The position numbers and the translations under genes were made by a program. From the human T2T-CHM13v2.0 reference genome, Homo sapiens, in assembly GCF_009914755.1 (NCBI RefSeq), contig NC_060936.1: DNA of 64,000 bases; one strand, 5' to 3'. Shown in pieces: positions 1-12,408 of this stretch (position 1 is the stretch's first letter; the number at the start of each line of letters is the position of its first letter). The notes beneath the pieces are model-generated. The model was not told the DNA's origin. It saw nothing but the letters and a program-made list of their open reading frames with translations, and did not search any database.

Positions 1-200
1 TTGTGATCCCTGAAAAACAACACTCATAAGCAAGAGCATTAATTTCATAACTGACAGGAGCACACCAAATACATTTCAGGGCTCGGATGAATGACACACC
101 AAACTAGAAAGGATTCACCAAATTTCTTATTTTTGTAACCAAAATGCTTTAGAGATTTGAGTCATTCTCTTTGTAACTTTTAATTATCAAATAAAAAACA

Positions 201-498
201 GGCTGGGTGCAGTGGCTCTTGCTTGTCATTCCAGCACTTTGGGAGGCTGAGGCACGCGCATCACCTGAGGTCAGGAGTTCCAGACCAGCCTGGCCAACAT
301 GGCAAAAACCCGTCTCTATTAAAAAATACAAAAACATCAGCTGGGCCTGGTGGTGTTGCCTGTTGCCTCCTCGGGAGGCTGAGGCCAGAGAATCGCTTAA
401 ACCCAAAAGGCTGAGGTTGCAGTGAGCCGAGATCACACCACCACACTCCTGCCTGGGCAACAGGGCAAGACTCTGTCAAAAAGAAAAAAAAAAAAAAA
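201..498 (+). mobile_element. Alu (AluS-type), full length
   Basis: GGCTGGGTGCAGTGGCTC start, dimeric body, A-tail. Confidence 0.95.
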
Positions 499-2239
499 AT
501 GGAAAACTCCTGGAGTGTTTTGTAACTATATAGTGTGAAAGGAAACACTCATTGATTTACAAAGAAATAAAAAAGTTCAGTTCAATTTTTTAATATTTGC
601 TGGAGCCCAGAGAAAATATGAGAGAGCAAGCAAGCGCTTACTTGTTTGTACACTAAAACACATGCGGCTGCTGCTATGGGAAGGATTTAGGACAAGAGAC
701 ATAAAATATAGTCAGCCCTCCTCTTTTCTACCCCTGATCAAAACACCAGGGCATACATCTTGAAAACGACATAAAGACTAACCTAATTTTTATTTTCCTT
801 CTTCCTTAATCTTTCTCCGTGTCAAATTAAAACAAACAAACAAACTAGGAGCAAGAGAAGGGGCAAACCCCTCTGGAGTGTAAGCAAAAGCAATTTTCTG
901 GCAAATACAGATTTTATAAAAACCAGTGAATAAAGCTGATTAGAAAACCTATAGGCTTCCCAGGGCTTGAATCGGAAGACGCATGAAGTAATAAGCTCTG
1001 CCTGCCTTGAAAAGTGAAAAGGGAAAAGAGAAAAATTGTAATGTATCACAAATTCTATGACAAGTGTGGCACCCATGGGATAGTTATTTGCATTCAATTT
1101 TTGTTCTTATACTTGTTTTCCATAAGGTTGAAATCCACAAAATAAAAGTTCTTGGTTTTATAGCAGATTTTTTAAAGGACAAAAGTTTGATTTGTCTTAA
1201 ATGAAAAGCACACTAGGATTTGTTTAATCAATATTTTAAATTACGACTTATTTTAGAAGCCAAGAAATAAAGATTTCCATTTTCATTTTTGCAACTTGTC
1301 CAAAATGAATTTAACTCACGGAAAAGTTAGATGATAGTAATACCAACCTTGTATCTTATGTAAGCATTTAAATGCAGATTGGAAGCTACTAATCATGTCA
1401 TAAGGAAAGTATTAGAAATGTTTTAATTATTCATTTTTCTCCAAGAGTTGGTTTTGTATTATTCCTTCATAAGCCATGAGTATTCAAGAGCCATTTGGCT
1501 TAAAAATTAAGGGAACAGAGTAAGCAAAAGTAAAATTTGAAGAGTTATTTTGTATTATCTTCTCTGACCTTGAGATGAAAAGTGAAGGAGAATTGGAGCT
1601 ACCATACTTTAGAAAGTCCCTAAATCCATGCGGTCTTTAATTCCTGAAGCATTTCTATGTTCTTTAATATCCACGTGTTAAGTATTAAGGATTGCATTCT
1701 TCTTTGTTCCCTTGAGTTTAGCTGAAGGTCATTCCTGGTTTTAAAGATTAAAATCTGAGCAAACTAACCTCTGATGTAGAGAAGAGTTGCTATGAACATT
1801 TTAAGGTCTGGAAGAGAAGAATTCCACACTAATCTCCTTATCAGTATCTTCTCTTTGTTACAAGGGTAAATGACATGTACTACTTTCTATACCACTGTCT
1901 AACATAAAATATTGGACTAAAATTGAATATATCTCCTCTTATGACCACTTGGATTCAACATGTAGATTTATGCATAGTGACATGTAAATTACAGTGCTCA
2001 GTATATTTCTAAAAATCGAATTATAATATATGATGTTTTAGCCTTGTAATACAAAGAAGCAAAAAGCTGATCTATAGATTTTCTTAATATATAATTAAAT
2101 TTCTACCCCAGGATGCATAATTAATGCGTTATTATTTCTTGGTAATTTCAGTTTTTGATCATTTTCTTGGTTATAAATGTAAAAACTGAAAGACAGATAA
2201 GTTGTGACTGTGGACCTGCTTTTATGTATACTCTTCACT

Positions 2240-3135
2240 CTCTCCAGAATGCTTTTCCTAAAGATCTTATTAATCTAATACACCAAAACGTAGTTTAAAT
2301 TTTGCTTTCTCAGTGAGCCTTCCTCGACCAATGCTAACCAAACAGGCCCTTCTCTGTTATTCTCTATTCCAACCACATGTTTATTTTCTTCAGAGCACTT
2401 CAAATTTCAACTAATCTGAAATTCTAATTATGAGTTACATCATCTGACCCCCGGCTACCAACTTTACACATCCCATTTTTCATATTCTTCCCTCTCTCAC
2501 TTTTTCACACTGACCTTCCTGGCTGTTCCCAGTATGCACAGGAGTTCCCCCTCCTGAGGACATTTCCCCAGGTATCTGCAACTTTGCCTCCTCACTTTCT
2601 ACAGGACTCTTCTCAAATGTCACTGACTCAGGAGGGTGTTCCTTTACTAACACATCTAAAACAGCAGCCCCCATTTATAGCACTCTCCTTTACCCAGTTT
2701 TATTTCTTCTCCTTGGCACTTGTAGTTGTTTATGTGTGTGTTCATTGTGTGACTCTCATTAGCATGCAAATGCCATTAGATTTTATTTATTTTGTCCATT
2801 AGCACTGGCACAGTGTATAAAACAATGTTTGGCGTAAGTCTGGTGCACAATATTTATTTGTTAAATTAATTAATTAAGCCCTTACTTATCATCCATCTCT
2901 CCCATTAGACTCGTAAGGACCACAAAAGCAGAAACTTTTGTTTCTGGTATTCCTCCAGCATCTTGCATATAGAAGGTGATAAATGAATATTGAATGAATT
3001 AATATTTGCCTCTGTGTGTATTTTAATCTCCCTCTCCTAGTAGGTTCTAATTACCACAAAAAGTAGAATTATGTCTCTTTATCACACCAGTGTGTACCAA
3101 TCCCACAATAGGGTCTGGCTTATGATAGGTACTCA
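2240..3135 (+). mobile_element. L2 LINE 3' fragments (several)
   Basis: L2-tail-like motifs such as AATATTTATTTGTTAAATTAAT and AAATGAATATTGAATGAAT, plus degenerate L2 body. Confidence 0.65.
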
Positions 3136-4229
3136 TTAAGTGAAGGATATCAAGGACTGGGACCAAAGTCAATAAGAACTTACAATGACCATAGCCACCC
3201 AGAGACCTTTACAGGGTTGATCTCAGATCTTAATGGCAGATCAAAAAGAGTTTTGGATAGGCACAGGGCCATGAAAATCTGTAATCACCTTGTTCATCCT
3301 TTTGGGGCCCAGCCTAGACCTTGAAAAAGCTTACTTCCCAGAGCAGACCCAGGAAGCTAGGTGCAGACTTCTGAGTTTCTTACTTTCAGATATATCTTTC
3401 AAATTTGGAAAGCAGTAAATCTTAATTTCGATCCCTAGCTTTGATTTGTTTGCTTAAAACATTTGCCCTGAAGACTATATCCATGTATGATGTCAAAAGG
3501 TAGCAAACAAAAATAATTCAATTGTAATATAAAAATCTCCACTAAATAGTAGAGCAACTTGAAAATATCTCTTATCATCACATTTTCATGCTTTTTCATT
3601 TGTAAAATGAAGATACCAAAAAAGAACTAGCAGCTCTAAAATTGTGGATTATATATTCAGATTTGCTGGGATGCCCTTGGGAGGCTTTGTCAAGCACCTT
3701 CTTCCCTTCCTCTCCTTTGCCCACCTGCCACAATTCCTCTTGGTTAAACATCACAGTTTTAGTGAGCTATTGTTACTGACGGCAATCCATCAAGTGTATA
3801 GGGGAAAGCTAGGTTGAGAATCTCTGGCCTATGTTATCACTATCATCCTTTCCATGGTTAAAATACTGTGAATCTATGAAATGCACCTCAGTTCACTAGG
3901 AAATCACTATATTTTAACATTGCTTAAGTTACTGCTATCCTGAGTTTACTTACACCAACTTAACATTATTTTTTTATTGTACTGTGAGTCAGGGACTATA
4001 GCAGACACTGAGAATTCAAAGATGAATTTAGAAATGGTCTCTTCCCTCACGGAGTTCTATCCAATAGGGATAGACAAATGCAACAGAGTGTGATAAATGC
4101 TTTAATGGGGCCAAAGCAGCAAGTCAATTTAGAGCGCATCAAAGGGTACCAAAGCAGCCTGGGAGAGAGGTGATCTGGAAAATCTCCCAGTAGGTGACCA
4201 AAAACTGAGTCCTAACTCTAATTAATTGA

Positions 4230-4370
4230 ATTATAGACTGCTAAAGCTGCACAGTGTTAGAATCATCTAATTCAAACTCCTGATGTGGCACAGAGAGAAT
4301 CTGATGTCCAGAGAGGCTGATGTATGCAGAGTGAGTATCAGAGTTGCAGCTAGGACCCAGATATGTAATA
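4230..4370 (-). mobile_element. MIR fragment
   Basis: Degenerate MIR core (ACAGAGAGAATCTGATGTCCAGAGAGG). Confidence 0.5.
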
Positions 4371-4577
4371 CTGGGTTGCCTCTTTAAAAATGCACCTTTT
4401 TTGAAGGGAAATTTTTAGAACCTTTTCCTTCATCAGTTTAATAATGAAAGTAATTAATCATATTTGAATAAGATACGGAGAACAATATTTATATATATTG
4501 ACTTTATGCTCAGTGGTGATGCCAATAACCCATCATCTCTTGGTTATAGATTTTCCATGAGCTGCTGATGAATTTTT

Positions 4578-4675
4578 TCAGACTCATCCACAGGGTAACC
4601 CTGCTTGTCTCCTGAGCTACTGCATGTACGTAATTACACTCAGAAGGACAAGTAGAGTTTGGCTGTGAACAAGAG
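4578..4675 (-). ncRNA. MIR618: pre-miR-618 hairpin; mature miR-618 at 4660-4638 (AAACUCUACUUGUCCUUCUGAGU)
   Basis: Reverse complement CUCUUGUUCACAGCCAAACUCUACUUGUCCUUCUGAGUGUAAUUACGUACAUGCAGUAGCUCAGGAGACAAGCAGGGUUACCCUGUGGAUGAGUCUGA (98 nt) matches the remembered hsa-mir-618. The arms are visibly complementary (CUUGUC/GACAAG, CUGAG/CUCAG). MIR618 is known to lie in LIN7A intron 1. Confidence 0.95.
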
Positions 4676-6483
4676 CAAACTTTAAAAATAAATCTTAGTC
4701 CGATTAGCACCTCCTCTCATCAACCGACTGAGGCATCTAAGGGCTAAGGTAAAACCCAACATTGAAATATTTGTATTATTAGTAGTAGTGGTAGTATATA
4801 AAATGACCCAGGTATGCAATCTTCTTGGAGTTTTTGCTCCTAACATAGTCACTTGATTTGGGATGTTTAACGACTGTGATTTTGTAATGGGACAATATAA
4901 GAGCTCATTACATTAAAACATAAATACTTGGGAAGCTCATAGTTTCTGATAGCTTGCCATCTGTTTGGTTCTTACCGGCAATGGATTTATCCTGCTTAGT
5001 GCCGATGATGATATTGTGGGTAAAATCATGGATTATACAATGGATTTCTGAGGTCTTTAACTACTGTTATTAATTTTGCCAGCTTACAAATCAACATTTT
5101 CTAATATAAAATCAATTACATTTTATTTTTCAACTCTTACCCTAAGAAAGGTTGCTATGGGCACCACAGAACATCTGTTCTGGCGCCAACAGATTGCGTT
5201 AAAGTCACCCACAGTCTCTCCAAATTAAAAACCTCAAACTGAGTTCACTGGCTTTGTTACTGTACTCTCAGCAGGATGTTCTTTTGCCTTGCCCATCGTT
5301 CAGTTTAATCCTCTAGAAAGAAAATTTTTAGAGGTACATCGGACTAAATCATTTTCTTCTGAGTACACCATTTCCAAATGGCCGCCCAGGGTCCTAAATC
5401 CGGCGGCTGCGGAGAGGGACTAGAGGGTGTCCTCCTCTGCAGAGCCGTAGGACTCGAGCGCCTTCATCACTGGACGCTGGAGCCAGGAAGGAAACCCACA
5501 CACTCAGGGACAGGTATAACCCCACAGGGGTGCACCAGTGAGGCCCCGATCGCAGCGGAGGACTCCATCCCTGAGCTTGGTGAGGGCGTCCTGGGGAGGA
5601 AGCGAACACTTTCCCCGTTCAAGTCAGAGAGCAGGACTCACTGGGTGGCAGGTCAGAAGTTGAATTTTAACCCGACCTGCGCTTTGTCCCCGCGCCTTCC
5701 GCAGCCTGGGCGCCGCGGTGGCACCGAGCTGGGAGAGGACACGAGAGGCTGGCGCGGGAGAAGCCGAGAGTTGCTATCGACCGGGAGCTGCCGGCGGCGG
5801 GAGCAGACGCGACCCTCGCCGCTTTCGATCTCGAAGCCGCGGAGAGCCGATCTCGGCTGCTGGGGCTCGGCTCCCCGCGCTCTGCCTTGCCCTTTCGGCA
5901 GAGGGCAGCTCCCTGCCTGCTGCAGCCCCGCCACTGTGCGCCCGGCAGCCCAGGGGTGCGCCCAGCCCGCCCCCCGAGTGGCCGCCGGGACTCCAGCAGT
6001 TGGACCGACCCTCGCCCTCCGGCGCCTGGACAAACTTCCTTCCTCCCGGGCCCCTGCGCCAAGCAAGCTGACAGGCGGCTCCCTCGCCGGTCTCCTCTGG
6101 GCTCTGGCCGGGCGAGCTTGCTCTCTGCCCCTCTCCAACCCCGAGCCCCTGGCGCCTATAGCCGTCCCCGCGCAGCGGCTCCAACAAAGCCAGAGGACCG
6201 GAGACGACCCGGCGAGGGGCTGGGAGTGGCAGCGGGGACCCCAGAGCCAGAAGGAGGCGTCCCCTCGGCGGGGCGAGTACAGTGGGAAGGGGCAGCGGGA
6301 ACGTAGCGGGGAGAGAAAGGGGAAGAAAGTGTTCTGTTCTCGGCGCGAACGCCTTCCTGGCTCGTCCTCGTTCCCCTTCTCCTCCTGCCTGAGCGCGTCC
6401 CATGTCCCGTTGGGAATTGGCAGGCGGGGAAGGGAGGAGGGGAGAGGGGACGCGGTGGCCTGGCGAGCGAGCCGCTCCCTTAC

Positions 6484-6565
6484 CTCTGTCCAGGGTGAGC
6501 GGCTGGACCACTGTCAATGTCGCCATGTCTGCCGTGGGAGCCGAAGTGACGCTCGGCTTCAGCAT
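6484..6565 (-). CDS. LIN7A: LIN7A (Veli-1/MALS-1, L27+PDZ scaffold) first coding exon, 82 nt (27 codons + 1 nt)
   Basis: Translation MLKPSVTSAPTADMATLTVVQPLTLDR matches the known N-terminus of human LIN7A (which continues DVARAIELL). It is followed by a canonical donor AG|GTAAGG at 6484/6483 and lies in a CpG island with MIR618 2 kb into the intron. Confidence 0.97.
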
Positions 6566-6757
6566 CAGCAACCGCTCGTAGTGAGAAAAAAAGGAGGAGA
6601 TTGGGGGCGGGGGTGGAGAGGGAAGACGGAAAGGAGGGGGAGGAGGGGGAAGGAAGGAAGGTGGTGGTGGTGGAGAAGAAAGCTTGGGTGGGTTGGTAGC
6701 CAGATGGAGACGCAACTGTTCCGCGGCGGCAGATCTTCAGTTGCGGTGCGGAGCTGA
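6566..6757 (-). other. LIN7A: LIN7A 5' UTR (exon 1); TSS approximate
   Basis: Pyrimidine-rich, AUG-free stretch upstream of the start codon inside the CpG island. The TSS position is inferred, not visible. Confidence 0.65.
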
Positions 6758-7840
6758 GCAGGTATCCGAGAGCGACTGCATCGCCGGGCTCTGGGAGGGA
6801 AGGCTCTGCCCTAGAACTTTGCTATTCCACCCCCAGGAGCGCTGGGTGGGTGTAGCTGGCGGGTTGCTTCCTTTCAACTTTCCACTCTAATAAAATGGTC
6901 AGAATATACGTGTGTGCATGCGGGTGCGTGTGTGTATAAGGGGAAGAGAGAGGATGGAAAGGGGATATGGGGAAGGGAGTGGGAGATGAGTTTTCTCAGA
7001 TTAAGAGAAATTGCCAATCCAATAATCCCATCCCCTTTAGAGAGAAAATGCTTCCATTATCAGAAATGTTTGGGATGTAATTACATTTGCAGTTAATTTC
7101 TGTTGAAGTTTTTCGGAATGTTGACCTATAACGGCATATAAAGATAACTGACTAAAGGCCAGCGTTCCATCAGTAGATGTTCATTTAGGACCTGAGTATA
7201 TTGCCTGGAGAAAAAAAAAAAAAAAGGCAAACCTCTTAAAAGTGCTTCAAAATAAAAAACGTGTAGGTAAGTTTCTATCGCTAAGTTTTTCTTTTTCAAG
7301 CCACTGTTAATACATTACCAATTCAGTAAATGTAGCTTAGAAACAAGTACAGTGTTCAGATTTTCTCCGAATTTTTTACATACCACATCCTGTAAACATG
7401 CCCCACTCCCCCTCACCCACCCAGCAACAAAAACTTTGCTCTTAATGTCCAAACTGATTTTGGTTGTCTATGACTACGTTTGAAAAATATGTACCTAGCA
7501 CTTTTCATGTTGATTTCTAACCAGTGGTTCAGAGATGCCACTTATCGATTGATTAACATATATGCCAGGAATTGAGATAGAAGAGTTACATTGCCTTGTG
7601 CCACGCCTTGATTTAGGAGTTCAATTTAGTCTCCGACTTCCTGTAGCCTGTAATCTAGTGGGAGATGGTGTTATTAAAAACCTGACTTTAGAGTCAGTTG
7701 ATCAGGATTAAATTACGAGAGCCTTCAAATACTGGCTGTGACCTCTTCGCCCCAATAAAAAGGCTACTTTCACTATCTTGTCATAGTAGGGATTCATTTC
7801 CTGACTACGAAATCAAGAAACATAAAGAAACCTTCTATAA

Positions 7841-7886
7841 GCTGAATAGGGGTGACTGTGGGTGCTGAATAGGGGTGACTGTGGGT
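7841..7886. repeat. Perfect 23-bp tandem duplication GCTGAATAGGGGTGACTGTGGGT x2
   Basis: Read directly from the sequence. Confidence 0.95.
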
Positions 7887-8214
7887 GCAGGATTGGAAAT
7901 GACAAAGCTGCCTCCATCTTGTTTCCTGTGACAGAGCTGAATTGTTTGGGCTAGCAATAAACTCTAAAAGGCAGATACTGTTTTATAGCAAAATATTTGC
8001 ATATAATTGATGCCATTTTCTTCTGATTACAGATAGGATTTCTGAAGGTCTTTTTCATTTTATAGTCTACAATTGAATTTTAAAAAACAACATTTCACCA
8101 ATGTGGGAAAGCCAAAGATGATTGGCCATATATAGACTTAACAGACCCTAAGAACAAACCTAAAATAGTAGTTCGATATGTTTATTTTTATTTAGTATTT
8201 AAGAAAGAATGCTG

Positions 8215-8340
8215 ATCTTGACATTTGAGTCTTAGTCATGTACTCTTCGGAAGTCACACAATCTCTCACTGATCCTGTTTCCTCCTCTGTCATACAATGG
8301 AAATAATATCATTCAATGTCACAGAGATCTGTCATATGAG
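8215..8340 (+). mobile_element. MIR fragment
   Basis: CTGTTTCCTCCTCTGTCATACAATGGAAATAAT MIR core. Confidence 0.6.
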
Positions 8341-9444
8341 GAAACTAATTCTACCTTGCAATCTCACAGAGTTTTATGAGGGTCTAATGGAGTCATACAT
8401 GTGACTGTGCTTTGAAAACAGTAAAGAATATACAAATTTATTTATACAAGCATACATCCCCTGGAACCGTGTGGTAAGCTCTGTGCTAGGTGCTAACCAT
8501 GCAAAGATTAATGAGATGGCCCCCTTTCTGCCCAGTCTTGCTTGGGAGACAGTGAGCAAACCATAAGCTTCTGTGCAGTACTCTAAGCACTATTAAAAGG
8601 AAGTGCCCTCGGTGGCCAGAGGTTGCAAAAACAACTTTGGTTTTTTACCGTTATTCACATGCCCTGAATTAAGCAACAGAAAGAAGTTGAGATGAGCGCA
8701 ATGATACCAGAGTGTGTTACAAGCTTTTGCACAAAGTTATTAAACCTCACTCGGTAACTGAGGATAAAAGAACATACAAATCCCTTGACTTCTAATGTAG
8801 TTATTTTACAACATCCTTTATTAGGGAATATGTATTTAAGCAGCTTGATTCATCAGCCCAAAAGTCATAAATTGTACCCATTCCAACACAAATCCCTGAT
8901 TGTGGTGTCAGTGAAGGTAGAGTTTTCTTTGTCTTTTTGTTTCCTAATGCATCCTCAGGACTAAACATTTCATAGCATATTTCTGGACTTCTGCCTTGAG
9001 CTTCCTATTTGAAATTTGCTCTGTCATTCTTTCTCTGTGTTGACTCTGTAGGGTTGTTGTTGTTTTTAAATCAAGATTAAAAGAGAAATTAAAAGGAAGC
9101 ATAAATCACCATAAATTCATCTGTTATTATTTTTAGTAGTGGAAAGTTCATTCCCTTTAGCTTATGTCTACACAGGTGTAGAAAATTAATAAAAATTCAT
9201 TATCCATTAGAATTTGTTTTTATGAATAAATACTATCTCTCCAATAATATTTGTGAATTTCGTTTTGAGACATGCAGGGATATACTTGATCTAGTCACAT
9301 GCCAGTTGCTTTGCTGTGTATTTACCTGAGAATTGTTAAAATATTTGTAATTATGCTTTTATCTTAGCTATTTGGTTACAAAATCACTACACTCTTTCAT
9401 TAAATGATATGTAGAAATTTAGTTTAATGGTAACTATATTTTCA

Positions 9445-9978
<534 letters not shown>

Positions 9979-10044
9979 TCATCACACTTTATTCTATGTT
10001 GTTGAAGATTTAGTGATTTCAGCCTTTTATTTCAGAATTCCAGA

Positions 10045-10270
10045 TAAGTATATATATGGTTATAAAATCTTTTAAGAGATATATAAATATATATCTATTA
10101 AGATATATATTTTTAAGAGATATAAATATATATTATAAATATATTTTAATATAATATTAATGTATTTAATACATGTGAAATATATTTAATACATATATAT
10201 GATATATTATATGTATATATACACACACACATGTCTTTTCTCTCTCTCTTTTATTTTGTGTGTGTGTTGG
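10045..10270. repeat. AT-rich low complexity / degenerate (TA)n
   Basis: Read directly from the sequence. Confidence 0.8.
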
Positions 10271-10799
10271 CTTGAGACATACTCAGAGAGAGGAATGGAT
10301 GAAGGGAAGTTAGGTCAAAGGACAAAAGAACTATGATACTGGTTCCATTATATATACATATAGGTTAATATTTAAACAACTGCCTATTTGATATATAAAA
10401 TCTGTTCTTAACAAAATCATTCAAAGCTATGTTAAGGTCGGTTTCACTTAATTGAATTTTTAAAAATTATATGACAAAATCTAGAGAAGGTTTGCATAGA
10501 GCATTAGCATACCAAGGAAATGTGTTTAGTTAGATTATAAATGAAGTATAATGAGCACAGTTTCATATGAGAAAATAGCACCTTCAAACTGGAGTTCTTT
10601 CAGCCTGGGTGTTAGAAATTGTTTTTGACTGATTCAAGATAACATGTTATCTTTCTTAATTCATACAGCTTTGTCAAAACAGCACTAGATTAAGATGAAG
10701 TGCCAACCAATACTTTGAAATTTAAATGTTTATTTTTTAAAACCATCATAGAATATGTTACTATATTTAGTTTATCTTTTTTTTTTGATAACTACTTAT

Positions 10800-11000
10800 T
10801 TGTCTGTTCATTCAACAAACACTTAATATACTGACTATATGCCAAGCACTGTACTAGGCATTGGGGTATTGCAGTGAAGAAGAAAAATTTCCTGTTCTCA
10901 CTTGGCTTGTATTCTCTAAGGAAGAGAAAGTCAATAAACAAACAAGAAAGAGAGCAATTAGTGACTAAGTATTGTGCAAAGAATGAATAAATTGATGACT
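10800..11000 (-). mobile_element. L2 3' fragment
   Basis: TTCATTCAACAAACACTTAAT...ATGCCAAGCACTGTACTAGGCATTGGGG. Confidence 0.7.
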
Positions 11001-11411
11001 AAACTAGATCTAGAATAATGTCAGAATTACAAAAGACAGGGATAGGGAGAATGGCCTTATAGGGAGCAGGAGAGAAAAGCCAGGGATGAGGAAGCAGGCA
11101 CAGTGTGTATTTGGGTAAAATCGGCAGTTCATTTTGGAGTATAATTAAAAAAAAAACAAGCCTAAATAGAGCTATTGAGAGTTAGGTGGTGGAAGGTAAT
11201 ATAATTAATGAACAGAAATACAATGAACCTTTCATTAATTTCTTTGTGCCAACCATACAATAAAATGTATGAATACAATCTATGCTAAGAAAAATATTTG
11301 TATCATAGCATCTGCATTAAAAATTACTAACTTCAGAATGAAGAGTTACTAATTCAGAGTTAGATGTTAAAATATTTCGGATGAAATTAAAATATTAAAA
11401 GTAAATTCTAA

Positions 11412-11710
<299 letters not shown>

Positions 11711-12204
11711 GGAAATTCTAATTATTATTATTTTTTATTTTCTCCGAAAGAAATAACACTTCTCTGTTTTCACAGTTAGAAGTTATGACTGATCTTTCAA
11801 TAATGAAATTTAAATTCAAAGCTTAGTTTTTTGTTTTTCTTTATTCATCCCAAATTCATATTTACATCTCTCGCGAATGTCTAGAAATACAAGAAATATT
11901 AAACAAACTAATTTTTAAAAGTAAAGCAGTCTCTTCTCACATTTGCTCAGGAGATGATATTTCTAAACTATTAGAACTCACAAACTTTAACAATTTAAAA
12001 AACATGTTTATTACCATTGTCATCTAAACATTTTAAATATATTTAACAGTGAGTAAAAAGTTACGCTTTTGTCCAACAAATTAAGCACCTGCAATATGCT
12101 AGGCACTATTCTGTGCCTGGAACTTAGTTTTGATGAAGAGAGACAGATAAAATACAAATTAGCCATTCAATCAGATAATCTTAGATATTGATTATCATGA
12201 ACAT

Positions 12205-12408
12205 TGATGTGTTGAAGCCTATTCACACTGTATGTGAGACCCAATAATGTGCATTTTGTCTCAACATCACTTTCAGTTATATCACATTGGTATCTTTTGA
12301 TTGACCATGGTGGCAGTATTTAAACCATTGGGATTGGTAAATACTCTATTCCAATTTTTTTTTCTCCCTCTAGAGAGCCACTTGTTAAACATTTACCAGC
12401 ATACCACA
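12205..12408. mobile_element. hAT DNA transposon MITE, MER63-like, inside L2 fragments
   Basis: Ends with AGAGAGCCACTTGTTAAACATTTACCAGCATACCAC, resembling the MER63 terminus. Confidence 0.55.

Larger units (their letters stand above)
1..6483 (-). other. LIN7A: LIN7A intron 1 (5' part; continues beyond window start)
   Basis: Begins with GTAAGG. No exon-2 peptide (DVARAIELLEKL) was seen in the window. Confidence 0.9.
5340..6860. promoter_or_regulatory. CpG island / LIN7A promoter and first exon
   Basis: Abrupt switch to high GC with dense CpG in an otherwise CpG-depleted window. GC box GGGGCGGGG at 6604-6612 and YY1-like CAAATGGCCGCC at 5375-5386. Confidence 0.93.

Noticed and set aside
149-548. 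ORFs with peptides such as [15 protein letters not shown] and WEAEA (similar ones near 15000, 28000, 31300, 38200, 42800, 53700, 57100 and 59400)
   Set aside because: Translations of Alu sequence.
5394-6306. Several overlapping 70-160 aa ORFs in the CpG island
   Set aside because: Expected from stop-codon scarcity in GC-rich DNA; low-complexity peptides with no domains.
5774-6483. Continuation of the 313-aa minus-strand ORF past LIN7A exon 1
   Set aside because: It is read-through into GC-rich intron 1 past a canonical GTAAG donor, and the peptide no longer matches LIN7A.
6558-6578. TTCAGCATC as a possible REST/RE1 site at a neuronal gene start
   Set aside because: Only a partial left half-site; the GGACAG half is absent.
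8602-8619. CTCF-like AGTGCCCTCGGTGGCCAG
   Set aside because: One base short of the CTCF core spacing (GCCCYCTGGTGGCCA); cannot be supported without ChIP data.
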